In this document: piece by piece, positions 47,392 to 58,586 of the stretch
Position numbering within the stretch: position 1 is the stretch's first letter
Layout of the letters: each line of letters begins with the position of its first letter
Origin: Spirochaetia bacterium
Lineage (GTDB): Bacteria > Spirochaetota > Spirochaetia > DSM-16054 > Sediminispirochaetaceae
Direction of reading: 5' to 3'
NCBI GenBank assembly: GCA_034520965.1
Contig: JAXHMY010000003.1
Span: forward strand, 224,001-288,000
Length of the DNA stretch: 64,000 nucleotides
Translations under genes and position numbers: made by a program
The notes under the pieces: generated by a model
What the model was told of the DNA's origin: nothing
The model's database searches: none
The model's input: the letters and a program-made list of their open reading frames with translations, nothing else

Positions 47392-48486
47392 ATGGATACA
47401 TCACGGATTGGTATTTTATTCGGCGGAAAATCAGGTGAGCACGAGGTGTCCCTGAGATCGGCGGCCTCGGTATTTACCCACATCGACAAGGATAAATTTG
47501 AGCCGGTACTAATAGGCATCGATCGTGACGGCCGCTGGTATCTGCAACCTGAACCTCGCGTGTCGGAAGATGGAGCGAGCCTAGAGCTGAACCCCGATCC
47601 GAACTTTCTGGTAAGTGTCCTGCCGGGACAGGGGCTGTGGACCGGCACCGGCCGGCTTGAATTAGCGGCGGTATTTCCGGTACTGCACGGAACTTTCGGC
47701 GAAGACGGCACAGTTCAGGGCTTACTTGAAGTGGCGGGCATTCCCTATGTAGGGGCCGGTGTGTTAGGCAGCAGCCTTGGTATGGACAAGGCTATGGTAA
47801 AACGGGTGTGGCTTGAGGCGGGGTTGGCGACTATCCCCTTTGTGGAGGTTCACAATCGTGAACTTGAAAGCGCTACCACCCTGTCGGCGCTGTTCGACCG
47901 AATTTTAGGGCGCTTCGACTTTCCTCTGTTTGTAAAACCCTCCCGCTCCGGCTCATCAGTCGGAGTTAGCCGCACCACTAACCGGACCGAACTGCAGACC
48001 GCCCTGCATACAGCCTTTCAGTTTGATACGAAAGCCCTGGTTGAACCGGAAGTGACCGGCCGCGAGGTTGAATGTTCGGTCGTGGGTAATCAATACCCGG
48101 ATGCATATGCGGTAGGCGAGATTGTCCCGACCCACGAACACAAGTTCTACGATTACGATGCGAAGTACCTGGACCCCGAAGGAGCACTGCTGAAGGTTCC
48201 TGCACAGCTGCCCTCCGAGACTATCGCTGCAGTCCAGGAACTGGCGGTAGCAGCTTATGTGAGTGCCGATGCTGAAGGCTTTGCGCGGCTGGACTTCTTT
48301 GTAACCGAAGAAAACAGTGTGGTCCTGAACGAAATCAATACCATACCCGGCTTTACCAGCATCAGTATGTTTCCTAAACTCTGTGAGCACACCGGACTGA
48401 GCTATCCGAGCCTAATTACTACCTTGATTGAATTGGGTATTGAGCGGTATCAACAGCGAACTGCCCTTCACTACACCCGCGAGTAA
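47392..48486 (+). CDS. ddl: D-alanine--D-alanine ligase
   Basis: FGGKSGEHEVS, FPVLHGTFGEDG, GSSVGV, FYDYDAKY, NEINTIPGFT. Confidence 0.96.
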   Translation: MDTSRIGILFGGKSGEHEVSLRSAASVFTHIDKDKFEPVLIGIDRDGRWYLQPEPRVSEDGASLELNPDPNFLVSVLPGQGLWTGTGRLELAAVFPVLHGTFGEDGTVQGLLEVAGIPYVGAGVLGSSLGMDKAMVKRVWLEAGLATIPFVEVHNRELESATTLSALFDRILGRFDFPLFVKPSRSGSSVGVSRTTNRTELQTALHTAFQFDTKALVEPEVTGREVECSVVGNQYPDAYAVGEIVPTHEHKFYDYDAKYLDPEGALLKVPAQLPSETIAAVQELAVAAYVSADAEGFARLDFFVTEENSVVLNEINTIPGFTSISMFPKLCEHTGLSYPSLITTLIELGIERYQQRTALHYTRE

Positions 48487-48487
48487 A

Positions 48488-48519
48488 CCTCTACCAGTGG
48501 TCGCCTCTACCAGTGGTCG
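48488..48519. repeat. Perfect 16-bp tandem duplication
   Basis: CCTCTACCAGTGGTCG at 48488-48503 and 48504-48519. Confidence 0.95.
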
Positions 48520-49016
48520 TAAGACAGCAGTTGATCGAGGGGTCGACGCTCGCGCTGCAGGGGTGTTTCCTCGGCATACCCTAACAGCAACAGCGCCACC
48601 ACCCGCATTTGATAGGGAACCGTAAGGATCTGTCGAACCCGTTCCTCATCGTAGGTGGTAATTGTGTGAGCTCCTAAGCCTTCAGCCCGTGCCTGAACCA
48701 TCATGAAGGCCAGGGAAATGCCGATATCAATCGGGTAGGCAAGTTGGCCGTTGGGCATTTTATAATCTACGTTTGTAGTGCACACTGCAATTATTACAGG
48801 AGCTTTCCCAACGTGTTCCTCCATATAGGCGGCAGAATAAATCTTCTCTCGCACATCCGTCTTTCGCACTGCAACCAAGCGCCAGGGCTGGCGGTTTTTG
48901 GCTGAGGGAGCCCTCTGAGCAGCAGAAACAATACGGTCAAGAGATTCCTGGGGAATATTGTCCGGTTTGAAATTGGAGATGGTTACCCAGTCGGATATCT
49001 CTTTTAATACTTCCAT
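48507..49016 (-). CDS. Nitroreductase family protein
   Basis: AAQRAPSAKNRQPW, ARAEGLG, LLLGYA. Confidence 0.9.
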   Translation of the reverse strand: MEVLKEISDWVTISNFKPDNIPQESLDRIVSAAQRAPSAKNRQPWRLVAVRKTDVREKIYSAAYMEEHVGKAPVIIAVCTTNVDYKMPNGQLAYPIDIGISLAFMMVQARAEGLGAHTITTYDEERVRQILTVPYQMRVVALLLLGYAEETPLQRERRPLDQLLSYDHW

Positions 49017-49091
49017 ACGCCCTCAATTCTATATGTATAATTTCAAATAAAGCTTGACTTGAAAACAGTAATTCTCGTAAGGTGAATTTAG

Positions 49092-51332
49092 ATGTTAATG
49101 AAAAGAATTGCGTTCATCACTGTATTAAGCCTACTCTTACCGCTCACCATTTTGGTGGCGTTACCATTCCCTTCATCTTACCATACATTAGAGGATATGC
49201 ACACCTTTTACAAAAACTATCCCCGTTTTGAAAATAGCCAAAATGAAAAACAGACATTCAACTACATTATCAATGAACTGGATAAAAAAAATATAGATTT
49301 TCGACGCATAGATTTGGGCGGGTTTGAAAACTTTCATTCCTTTTCGTCGATAGTTGAGGCCAACTTTCAAGGAACAACAGATAATGATCTCTATTTTATT
49401 TTTCCCGTAAACCATCCAATGGATGCTGCTCAGGTGAAGAGCGGAGCCGCCGGCCTTACCCTGGCCCTTCAGCTCTGCAGGAGCCTATCTGAAATGAACC
49501 TTACACAGAATGTTCATGTGCTTTTTTTGGGAGCCGAATACGGGCGCTCGGATGAGTACAAACTTGGAACCCGGGCCTTTCTGGAAGAATACCACTCCGA
49601 AACCCCTTCACAGGTACTCTATTTCACCATCCCCACGTCGGACTTTAAAATCGAACTACGGGCAGCCGGCAGCGGGATCGTGTCACCTGCGTGGTTTGTA
49701 GAGTACACAAGCAATTCACTTCTAAGAAATCAAGTAGCTTTCCAATTTTCAACAATCCGCTTCAACCTGTATCAAATGGGTCTTAATGAAACTACCACGC
49801 GGATAGATCCTTATCTGGACTCGAACCTGCCCTCCCTTCACCTATTCGGGGAACCGATATCGGAAGATTCGGCCGCGGCGGAGGAGCACACAAATATCGA
49901 TGAGCTTCACAGCTTCCTGATAAATTATGTAAAATCCTACCCTGAGGAAATCCCGGACCAGTGGGACAGACATTACATTCTATATAAACTGGGTACGTAT
50001 ACACAGCTCATTCCCGAGTTCTCTTATATTATTATTATCTTGGCCTTATTTGCCGCGGTGCTTCTCTACCCCTTTTTTCGCCGAAAACGGTTCTACCGCT
50101 ACCTAGGCTCGATGCGGCGCAATGGCTGGGTGCTCCCGATAATTTTAGCGTTAATGTTTTTTTACCTGCTCCTGGCCACGATAGTGCTGGAAGGCATTGC
50201 CCTTTACCGGCAGTATAACTTGCTGTGGCAGCAACAGCCCTTTTTGCTGCTGCTGTTGAAGATCAGTATTGCCGGTTTTTTGTTTGCCCTTAGCCACAGG
50301 GTTACCACCCCGTTTCACTTTACCCGACTTCGAGGAAGCTTTTATTCCGCTGCGGGTCTATTTTTCTTACTAGTCAATGTGCTGATTCTTACCACATATA
50401 ATCTCTCCCTTACTCTGTACGGCGCAGCAATTTTTATATTGGGATTCCTATTTACAGTCGTTCGGCGTCGGCTTACCAAACTTATATATTTGATACTGTC
50501 AATTGTCTTTATCATTGGTATCCTGCTTACAATCTTTCAAACCGGTACAAGTCGCGCTGTTTACCTTATTTTGCTCTCCCGGGTACAGGGCAACCTGTTG
50601 ATCGCTTTTCACATGCTGCCCTACATGCTGTTTATCCTGCGCTTGAGAGTTCTGTACCATCACCCTGCTCAATCATACACCCGGCGCATAACCTTGGCCT
50701 TTGACTTGCTTTTTGGAACACTGAGTATCGCACTTTTAGTATACCTGCTGTTTTTCTACTCCCTCAGCCCCGGCAGCCGCCGCCCCCTGCAGGTGTACGA
50801 ACAGATCGATGCCATCCGGAACCACCATACTTTGAACTTCGAAAGCAGCGAGCCCTTAGGCTTCTTCACGTACGGCAGCTCCCCACTGGCCACTGCTAAA
50901 GAGAACGGCCAAGCAGTGGAGGTTGAGAGTGATAACCGGGAGACCCGCAAAGAACTGCCCTTTCAAGATCCTCTGTTGGATGTTACTATCGACAGCCGGG
51001 ATTTTTTGGGGCGCACAACCTACCAATTAGGGATTACAGCTCCCTTTCCGATCGAGGATCTGCAGGTAACTCTCTCTTCAGAGGCGTCGATTACCCTATA
51101 CGATTCCGATTTTCCTGTTTCGCCCCTCCGCGACCCCAACACCTTGCAATTTCATATCGGCAGATTCCCAAGCAACCCCTTTAGTTTCACCTTTACAGTA
51201 CCGGAAGAACTGAAGGGGGTACTAAAAATAGCGGCAGAGGTGTATTCCCTGCCTTATACTACTCAGCTCGACCGCAGCCGTTTCGATATTGAGTACCATC
51301 TAAAGGCGATTCAATCTATCCCCCTTAATTGA
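49092..51332 (+). CDS. Membrane protein with a degenerate M28-peptidase-like N-domain and multi-TM region
   Basis: Signal peptide; SGAAGLTLALQL...VHVLFLGAEYG resembles the M28 fold; about 8 TM segments follow. Confidence 0.55.
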   Translation: MLMKRIAFITVLSLLLPLTILVALPFPSSYHTLEDMHTFYKNYPRFENSQNEKQTFNYIINELDKKNIDFRRIDLGGFENFHSFSSIVEANFQGTTDNDLYFIFPVNHPMDAAQVKSGAAGLTLALQLCRSLSEMNLTQNVHVLFLGAEYGRSDEYKLGTRAFLEEYHSETPSQVLYFTIPTSDFKIELRAAGSGIVSPAWFVEYTSNSLLRNQVAFQFSTIRFNLYQMGLNETTTRIDPYLDSNLPSLHLFGEPISEDSAAAEEHTNIDELHSFLINYVKSYPEEIPDQWDRHYILYKLGTYTQLIPEFSYIIIILALFAAVLLYPFFRRKRFYRYLGSMRRNGWVLPIILALMFFYLLLATIVLEGIALYRQYNLLWQQQPFLLLLLKISIAGFLFALSHRVTTPFHFTRLRGSFYSAAGLFFLLVNVLILTTYNLSLTLYGAAIFILGFLFTVVRRRLTKLIYLILSIVFIIGILLTIFQTGTSRAVYLILLSRVQGNLLIAFHMLPYMLFILRLRVLYHHPAQSYTRRITLAFDLLFGTLSIALLVYLLFFYSLSPGSRRPLQVYEQIDAIRNHHTLNFESSEPLGFFTYGSSPLATAKENGQAVEVESDNRETRKELPFQDPLLDVTIDSRDFLGRTTYQLGITAPFPIEDLQVTLSSEASITLYDSDFPVSPLRDPNTLQFHIGRFPSNPFSFTFTVPEELKGVLKIAAEVYSLPYTTQLDRSRFDIEYHLKAIQSIPLN

Positions 51333-51365
51333 CACCGCCTGTACCTTAAAGTAGGATTGTAAACT

Positions 51366-53687
51366 ATGAAAAGACACCGATCACTTTTTTTTGCTGTTAT
51401 AGCCATACTCTGTACTGTAGTACCAATATGGTCCATTTCGATTGTTGATACTCCCCTGGGAAATGATTTTTCTCAACTTTTTCCTGAACTCTCCGAGGGA
51501 TACATCGACCTAAACTCAAACGGATCTATGGACCGCCTTGAGGATATGGATGAAAAGGTTTCTGAATCTCTGGTTCAGGATGGGGTTCTGCAAGTGCAGG
51601 AAGTACTGGATTTTATTATTGAACAGTTCCGCTTTTTCCCGGTTGCCAAACTGGAGGAAATTCAAACTGTTTTATCCGAGGCGGAGGGGCAAATTGCCGA
51701 AATAATTGCACTTTCCTACGAAATGCGCATGTCCGAGGTAATTGAACAGAAGCGCGAGTTCGGGGCCGACGACCTATACCTCACCCCCTCTGCCCTGCGC
51801 AGGGCGCACGAGGAAATGTCCGGCTATATCGCAACCATGCTGCATGCATACAAGAAGGAAGAGCAAGAGTATGTGCAGCAGTTCTCCGATGCCCGGGAGA
51901 GCTTGTTTTCAATGATAGAGGCCGGGTATCCCCTGCCTCCAATCGGCACCGAGGACCGCAATTTACTGGTAAGCGCGATGGTTCACACCATTCTTTCCAA
52001 TGGTGAGGAAAACCAGCAGCGAGTCAAGGCGGCTATCAATACCCTCGGACGTATGCAGGCGGAAAGTTCCCTGCCGTATCTGACAAACTTGCTCGACTCC
52101 ACCGCCTATCAGGCCGCAGCGGCCGCGGCGCTTGGCGAGATCGGCAATACCCAGGCCCGGTCTATCCTTATGTCTGCACTCAAAACTTCCGAACCCGGCG
52201 AATACCAGTATTCCCTGATTCGGGCAGTGGGCAAGGTCGGCGGCGAGGAAAGTGCCGAATACCTACTCTCCATACTCCCGGATACTGAGGCCCAAGAGGG
52301 TGAACAAGAGGGCGAAACTGCCGTTCCTGAGAAGAAGGAGGCCACTATCGTAAAATCCCTGGCGGATCTTGCCTCTCAGGGCAGCCGCAACCGTAAAATA
52401 TTCACGGTACTCTCGGACTACCTCTCCCATGAATCTCCGGAAATTCGAGGAGTAGCAGTTGAAGGTATAGCCGGTTTCGGGGCCCGAATGGCTACTAGCG
52501 AACTGCTTCCCCTGCTGAAGGATGAACCGAACGAAAAGGTAAAAATTACCCTGGTTCGCAGCTTAAATGCACTGAACGATGCCTCCACTATCCCCACCTT
52601 CATTAACATATTAGATGAACCCAGCACCTCAAGTACGCTCAAACAAGAGATTATACGGGCGGTGGGGATGAACGATAACGGGTCGCGGGGAGTGCCCTCG
52701 ATTATTACATATCTCAACGATGAAAATCAGGAGGTGCGCACTACAGCCCGGCAGGCCCTGCTTAACCAATACCAACGGGATTCCAAAACCGTTATCTCGA
52801 ACCTAAGCCGCAGTGTGCTGGAGTCGGAGGACAGTCTGTTCCTTGAACAAGCCACCTCGATAATTGCAGAAGTTGCCGATGAGGCGGCGCTTACTACCCT
52901 GCTGAGAATGCTTGAGACCCCGTATCCGGAGGTACTCAAAAACGTAACCTGGGCTTTCTACCGCATACGGCCCCAGGGGAACGCCCGGATTGTAGGTGAA
53001 ATACAGAAACTGGTGACCAGCGAAACTCAACCGGTACAAGTGCGCATCAATGCAGTAAGGGCTCTGGGGGCAATGCGAACCGAGAATGCCCAGCTCGAAG
53101 TTTACAAGACCCTGTTGACCACCCTCAAACTGCGGGCTCCCGAATACTCAATGCTTCGCTACTATGCGATCGATTCTTTGGCCCAGCTCTCCGCAGACCA
53201 GCCGGAAGTGATAGATGCGCTGCTGCAAAGCGCCTCGCCCGGAGAAGAACAGCACCTGCGACTTGCAGCCCTGCAGGCTCTTAGGTCAATTGGCGCCATG
53301 GATGCTGAGGCGGTTAGTACAGTTGCGGGAATGGCAAAACGCAGCAAAAACATCGAAATAATGACCGAGGCGGTACGCCTATTGGGTGATGCCGGATCTG
53401 ACGAAACCGTCGGAATTGCCGGTACTGTTCTTGAAAACACCCAGGACAGTGGAACTTATACTAAAATTGCCTACGCCCTCTCTCGCCTTGAGAATGATGC
53501 AGCGGTGGAGCTGCTGATAGACATGGCCGCCGGATCGGACCAGGAAGGCTTTATCCTGGGACTGCTTAGGGAGGTAAAACCCTCTCTGTTAAGAACTGTC
53601 GTACAACGCCGCCGGCAGACCGAATCGAACCAGGAGGTACAGCAAGTACTGGATAAGCTTGAAACATCGCTAACTACCGGTCTATAA
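51366..53687 (+). CDS. Exported HEAT-repeat protein
   Basis: Signal peptide; repeated VKAAINTLG / AAAAALGEIG / VRINAVRALG / RLAALQALRSIG units. Confidence 0.8.
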   Translation: MKRHRSLFFAVIAILCTVVPIWSISIVDTPLGNDFSQLFPELSEGYIDLNSNGSMDRLEDMDEKVSESLVQDGVLQVQEVLDFIIEQFRFFPVAKLEEIQTVLSEAEGQIAEIIALSYEMRMSEVIEQKREFGADDLYLTPSALRRAHEEMSGYIATMLHAYKKEEQEYVQQFSDARESLFSMIEAGYPLPPIGTEDRNLLVSAMVHTILSNGEENQQRVKAAINTLGRMQAESSLPYLTNLLDSTAYQAAAAAALGEIGNTQARSILMSALKTSEPGEYQYSLIRAVGKVGGEESAEYLLSILPDTEAQEGEQEGETAVPEKKEATIVKSLADLASQGSRNRKIFTVLSDYLSHESPEIRGVAVEGIAGFGARMATSELLPLLKDEPNEKVKITLVRSLNALNDASTIPTFINILDEPSTSSTLKQEIIRAVGMNDNGSRGVPSIITYLNDENQEVRTTARQALLNQYQRDSKTVISNLSRSVLESEDSLFLEQATSIIAEVADEAALTTLLRMLETPYPEVLKNVTWAFYRIRPQGNARIVGEIQKLVTSETQPVQVRINAVRALGAMRTENAQLEVYKTLLTTLKLRAPEYSMLRYYAIDSLAQLSADQPEVIDALLQSASPGEEQHLRLAALQALRSIGAMDAEAVSTVAGMAKRSKNIEIMTEAVRLLGDAGSDETVGIAGTVLENTQDSGTYTKIAYALSRLENDAAVELLIDMAAGSDQEGFILGLLREVKPSLLRTVVQRRRQTESNQEVQQVLDKLETSLTTGL

Positions 53688-53699
53688 AGTTTTGGTATT

Positions 53700-54926
53700 A
53701 TGGAAAGGGTGATTTTTCATGTAGATATGGATGCCTTCTACGCCGCTGTGGAGCAGCAGGATAATCCTGAACTGCGAGGTACACCGGTTATTATCGGGGC
53801 CCGTCCGGGCACTCGCGGGGTCGTTTCCGCCTGCTCCTACGAGGCCCGTACCTACGGTGTGCGTTCGGCGATGCCCATCTCAGAGGCCTACCGCCGCTGC
53901 CCCCACGGCAATTTTCTTCCCGGCAGGATGGGCCGTTACCAGGAAGTGAGCCGCGGTATAATGTCTATGTTTGAAGAGTTTACACCGGAGATCCAGCAAA
54001 TATCAGTGGATGAGGCATTTTTGAATATGACCGGTACGGAACGGCTGTTCGGCACCCCTGAAGAGGCGGCGGCTCTTATAAAAAGACGGGTCACCCAAAA
54101 CACCGGTCTGATTATTTCTATAGGTATTGCCGCCAACAAGTTCTTAGCCAAACTGGCCTCCGACTATGACAAACCCGACGGTCTTCATAGAGTTCAGGCG
54201 GGACAGGAAGAGCAGTTTATCGACAGCTTGAAACTGGGAGACCTTTGGGGAGTCGGCAAGAAGAGCCTTGAGCGGCTCCACGAATTGAATATCACCACCC
54301 CCCAGGAGCTGCGACAGATAAAAAAGGCATCCCTGTGCCGCTTATTCGGAAAAGCCGGCGGTGAGTATCTTCATCGTGCCGTCCGTGGAATAGATCCGGG
54401 TATTTTACAGCAGGAAACCAAAAGCCAATCAATTTCTGGAGAGGTAACCTTCGAGCAGGATACCCGCGACCCGGAAGTAATAAAACAGGTGATTCTCGAT
54501 CTCTCCCACCAAATCATGTTTCGCCTGTTAAACTCGGAAAAAATCGGTTACACCGTATTTATCAAAGTCCGTTTAAGCGACTTTTCCACCACCACCGCGC
54601 AGAAGCGGCTGCGGCGCCCCCTCTATTCGGCGGAAGAGCTCTTTAGCGTTGCCCACTCACTGCTGCAAAAGCGCTGGAGCCGGCAGCAGGAGATCCGCCT
54701 GATCGGCGTGGGAGTCTCAAGCGTATTCACCGCCGACAAGCAGCCGGAGCAGCAGGAGCTCTTTTCCGACCCCTACGACCGACAAAAAAAAGTGGAAAAA
54801 GTGGTCAACTCTATCCGGTCAAAGGGCAGCCGGATAGAGAAGGCCAGTTTGCTTGATGCGGTACCCGAAATGAAAAAACGCGAAGAGAAGCGGTTCTCCA
54901 GCCGAAGCGACGAAGCTCAAGAATAA
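53700..54926 (+). CDS. dinB: DNA polymerase IV
   Basis: HVDMDAFYAAVE, SYEARTYGV, SVDEAF, NKFLAKLASDYDKPDG. Confidence 0.96.
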   Translation: MERVIFHVDMDAFYAAVEQQDNPELRGTPVIIGARPGTRGVVSACSYEARTYGVRSAMPISEAYRRCPHGNFLPGRMGRYQEVSRGIMSMFEEFTPEIQQISVDEAFLNMTGTERLFGTPEEAAALIKRRVTQNTGLIISIGIAANKFLAKLASDYDKPDGLHRVQAGQEEQFIDSLKLGDLWGVGKKSLERLHELNITTPQELRQIKKASLCRLFGKAGGEYLHRAVRGIDPGILQQETKSQSISGEVTFEQDTRDPEVIKQVILDLSHQIMFRLLNSEKIGYTVFIKVRLSDFSTTTAQKRLRRPLYSAEELFSVAHSLLQKRWSRQQEIRLIGVGVSSVFTADKQPEQQELFSDPYDRQKKVEKVVNSIRSKGSRIEKASLLDAVPEMKKREEKRFSSRSDEAQE

Positions 54927-54929
54927 ATC

Positions 54930-55841
54930 TTAACCCCACTCAGACAGAAAAGCCTGTGCCTCTTCAAGATTATCTTTTTCGCTGGGCAGTAGTGTATATT
55001 TACCTTTCAGCTCATCCACAATCCATTCCATAATTGCACGTGCCTCTTCCCGGTCGGACATACCCTTCACACCGCTGCGGCTATAGGGTTGAGACTTTGC
55101 AGGATCGAAGGCAGCAGTAAAGTACTTATACCGCTCTACCGGATCACTGGCCTCGGAAAAGTCATCGGCCATTTTACGCGCCTCTTTTTGTCGCTTTCGG
55201 CTGTTCCAATCGCGTTGGTAGAGGTGGTCACCGAGTTTCAGATAGTAGGAGTATTTGGTTTTATCGCCCCGGTAGGCATCTATTGCCCGCCGGCTGTAAG
55301 AAACGGCGTACTCCTTATTTCCAAATGAAATTAGTTTTGGCACCGAAGCATACAGCATGCCCAAGACGTAGAAAGAATCGGCATGGGCGCTGTCGCTGCG
55401 CACGGCCCGTTCAATGTCGTCTCGCATCGGACCGGCTTTCATAAGACTATTTAACACACCCTTGGTCTGGCCCCAGCGCCCAATATTCGAACCCCGCCAA
55501 TAGTAGGCGTGGTGATTATCGTCGTCGTACTCCAGTGCCCGGTTCGCCAGGGCCTCCCCTTTTTCGAACTCTTCAAGCAGTTGGTCTGCGGATGCACCAT
55601 TTCGCTCTGCTTCATCCGCCAAATTAAGGGTAGTGCGTGAGAGACGCCAATACAGTTCCGCCTTTTCAGCATTTGAGCTAACAAGCTGTTCCGCCTTCTT
55701 TAGAACTTCCGCGGCTTCTTGGTGCTGTTCAGCCTTATACAGCTCATCAGCCTGTTCAAATAGTTCGCCGGCACTTGTTTGTGCCCATCCGGCAGCACTG
55801 ATGCACAGCAGCAGCACCATTCCAATACTCAACGTTCGCAT
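54930..55841 (-). CDS. Exported TPR protein (TatT-like)
   Basis: Signal peptide; ELYWRLSR, AYYWRGSNIGRWG, YVLGMLYASVP TPR helices. Confidence 0.65.
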   Translation of the reverse strand: MRTLSIGMVLLLCISAAGWAQTSAGELFEQADELYKAEQHQEAAEVLKKAEQLVSSNAEKAELYWRLSRTTLNLADEAERNGASADQLLEEFEKGEALANRALEYDDDNHHAYYWRGSNIGRWGQTKGVLNSLMKAGPMRDDIERAVRSDSAHADSFYVLGMLYASVPKLISFGNKEYAVSYSRRAIDAYRGDKTKYSYYLKLGDHLYQRDWNSRKRQKEARKMADDFSEASDPVERYKYFTAAFDPAKSQPYSRSGVKGMSDREEARAIMEWIVDELKGKYTLLPSEKDNLEEAQAFLSEWG

Positions 55842-55852
55842 TCGACGCCTCC

Positions 55853-56383
55853 TTAAATTGTGACAACTTTGTCCGGAGAAATCTCTTCAAGAAAGATTTC
55901 CTGGTAACGGCCTGAATCCTGAGGTACAGGCTGGTCCGGAATATATACCTTTGAAAAAAAATGCAGTACATCCAACATATCGTCCATACTGTTGGTGAGT
56001 GTATAGCGATAGTAGCACTTATACTTGTTTAGAATTTTACGCCAATTCTTATCCATTACCAATTCGGGGTCGGTGTCATGCCTAAGCTTCGACCGTAAAC
56101 CGCCGTACCAGGCCCTGGAAATACACATTCGCCGGATACGTTCGTTCTCGTCCATATAATAAAGCTCAAAAATACCGGCCATCGCCGGCACATGCCTGAC
56201 TATATCAAATTTTTCAGCCTTGCGAAGGGGTGACCAGAAAACCGTGTAGTAGACCTGTCCGGACTCCTCCAGTTTCGCTACATGTGGGGGAACTTTACGC
56301 ATCTTTTCCGGCATATAAACAGCAACTCCTTTGGCCCCATTCTTACCCAGCCGCGCCGATATTGCAAGCCCCTCTGTTTTCAA
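55853..56383 (-). CDS. Hypothetical protein (start uncertain)
   Basis: ORF co-oriented between zwf and the TPR gene; no recognised motif. Confidence 0.55.
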   Translation of the reverse strand: MKTEGLAISARLGKNGAKGVAVYMPEKMRKVPPHVAKLEESGQVYYTVFWSPLRKAEKFDIVRHVPAMAGIFELYYMDENERIRRMCISRAWYGGLRSKLRHDTDPELVMDKNWRKILNKYKCYYRYTLTNSMDDMLDVLHFFSKVYIPDQPVPQDSGRYQEIFLEEISPDKVVTI

Positions 56384-56410
56384 TTTTCATTTTAGCAATT
56401 CATTCAGTGT

Positions 56411-57928
56411 TCATTCAGTGGTCCAGAAGCGCTCATCCTTTTTAATTAAGGCTTCCGCCCCCTGGGGGCCCCAACTGCCCGGAGGGTAGAACTCAACACA
56501 CTTACACTCCTCCCACCAGGATACAAAGGGGTCGGCAAACTCCCAGGCAGCCTCGACTCCGTCCTGTCGTACAAACAGGGACTGGTCGCCGGCTAGACAA
56601 TCCCGCAGGAGCCTCTCATAGGCCGATACGTAGGTTCTGTCAAAGTAATCGCTGTACTTAAAATCCATATTGACGGGAACAATCAAATTGCTTGATTCCG
56701 GGTATTTTACCCCAAGGAGAAAGCTGATCTTCTCCTCGGGCTGAATAGTCAGCACCAGCCGGGAGGCATCCAGGGGTTTGCAATCGTCCCGGAATAGTTT
56801 AAGCGGAGGCTGGCGAAAGCGAATTACCACCTCGGTCACCCGTCGCGGCAGCCGCTTGCCCGTTCTTACATAAAAGGGAACTCCCGCCCATCGCCAGTTG
56901 TCGATATGCAGCTTAGCTGCAAAGTAGGTGGGCATAGTGCTTTTTGGGTCAACGTTTACCTCTTCCCGATAACTCTTTACCTGTTCGCCGTGCAGCTCCC
57001 CGCCGCGGTACTGACCTGCCACAGAGACATCCCCTACATCCTGGTACGCTGTTGGGCGGAGGGAACGCATTACCTTTACCTTTTCATCGCGAACCTGTTT
57101 GGAGTTAAACTCCGCCGGGGGCTCCATTGCAATTAAGGCAAGTACCTGCAGCATGTGGTTTTGAAAAATATCACGGATGACTCCGGTTTTCTCGTAAAAC
57201 CGACCTCGTCGGCTTACGCCGATATCTTCCGCTACGGTAATCTGAACACTGTCGATGAAATTACTGTTCCAAAGGGGCTCAAACACACTGTTAGAAAAAC
57301 GAAAAAAGATAATATTCTGAACCGTCTCTTTCCCTAGGTAATGATCCATACGAAACACCTGATCTTCACGAAAAGCACGATTCACCGTCCTGTTCAACTC
57401 CAGTGCGGTAGCCAAGTTTTTTCCAAAGGGCTTCTCAATGATAATCCGGCTCCCCTCACCCGCAGTCGGCAGTTTTGAATCGGCTATTTGCGAGATAACC
57501 TGCTGATACAAAGAACTGGGTATCGAAAGATAATACAGCACGTCCATCTGATACTTGTTGCTTTTTACACGCACCAGCTGCTCCAACTGGTTGTAATGCT
57601 CCTCCTGTTCAAAATGGCCGTACGAGAATGAGAGATGAGATAAAAAGTCTTTAATGTGCTGTGTTTCCGGAGTTCCTACCTCGTCGGAGGCTTCTATGCT
57701 CTCCTTCACCAGCTTACGGTAGGTTTCATCCGTCAAATCCTGACGGCCAAAACCGATAATTTCAAAATTGTCCGGCAAGTTACCCCGCTGGTGCATAGAG
57801 AAAAGAGTCGGCAGCAGCTTCCGAAGGGACAAGTCCCCCGCCCCGCCAAATATGACAAACACGAAATCCGTTATGTGTGCGAAATCTGAACTGATATCGC
57901 ACTGCTGCAGTTGTTGCCCCTCACTCAT
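56411..57928 (-). CDS. zwf: Glucose-6-phosphate dehydrogenase
   Basis: [41 protein letters not shown]. Confidence 0.97.
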   Translation of the reverse strand: MSEGQQLQQCDISSDFAHITDFVFVIFGGAGDLSLRKLLPTLFSMHQRGNLPDNFEIIGFGRQDLTDETYRKLVKESIEASDEVGTPETQHIKDFLSHLSFSYGHFEQEEHYNQLEQLVRVKSNKYQMDVLYYLSIPSSLYQQVISQIADSKLPTAGEGSRIIIEKPFGKNLATALELNRTVNRAFREDQVFRMDHYLGKETVQNIIFFRFSNSVFEPLWNSNFIDSVQITVAEDIGVSRRGRFYEKTGVIRDIFQNHMLQVLALIAMEPPAEFNSKQVRDEKVKVMRSLRPTAYQDVGDVSVAGQYRGGELHGEQVKSYREEVNVDPKSTMPTYFAAKLHIDNWRWAGVPFYVRTGKRLPRRVTEVVIRFRQPPLKLFRDDCKPLDASRLVLTIQPEEKISFLLGVKYPESSNLIVPVNMDFKYSDYFDRTYVSAYERLLRDCLAGDQSLFVRQDGVEAAWEFADPFVSWWEECKCVEFYPPGSWGPQGAEALIKKDERFWTTE

Positions 57929-58568
57929 AATATGTCTCTGAAGATTCAATTATTACACGCTTTTCACGTAAGTCGGCCAACCGCTGTTCAGCAAAACCGG
58001 CGGGAACATCCACCGGTCGGCTCAAGTCCTCCATTAGTATAGTCATATATCCTAAGCGCCGGGCATCCAGGGCGGTAAAATACACACACCAGTCCAAGGC
58101 CAGCCCCACTAGATACACCTGTTTTATTTCAAACTCCTGCAAATACCCGTGCAGTCCGGTAGGGGTGGTGCCGTCATTTTCAAAGAAGGCGGAGTATGAA
58201 TCAAGCCCCACTTGCGCGCCCTTATGCAGAATAAGATCCAGAAACCTTTGATCCAGCTCAGGATGCAGAGCCGCGCCTTCACTACCGGCCAAGCAGTGCA
58301 CCGGCCACAGGTTCTGCTGCAGTCCGTCGGCTTCCACCACTTCATACTCTTTGTGACCTTCATGCTCCTGGGCAAAGGATACATGATGCGGAGGATGCCA
58401 GTCGGCGGTTGCCACAACTTTATGAAATAGACTGCGCTGCGGCTCAACCTTGCTCTGAAGCAAGGTATTAATTGGGCTTATTATTTCATCTCCTCTGGCA
58501 ACGGCCATCGAACCGCCGGGGCAAAAATCATTTTGCACATCGACAATAATCAAAGCGCTTTTACTCAT
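57921..58568 (-). CDS. pncA: Nicotinamidase/pyrazinamidase
   Basis: [38 protein letters not shown]. Confidence 0.93.
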   Translation of the reverse strand: MSKSALIIVDVQNDFCPGGSMAVARGDEIISPINTLLQSKVEPQRSLFHKVVATADWHPPHHVSFAQEHEGHKEYEVVEADGLQQNLWPVHCLAGSEGAALHPELDQRFLDLILHKGAQVGLDSYSAFFENDGTTPTGLHGYLQEFEIKQVYLVGLALDWCVYFTALDARRLGYMTILMEDLSRPVDVPAGFAEQRLADLREKRVIIESSETYYE

Positions 58569-58586
58569 GTTATTATCCCTCCTCAT

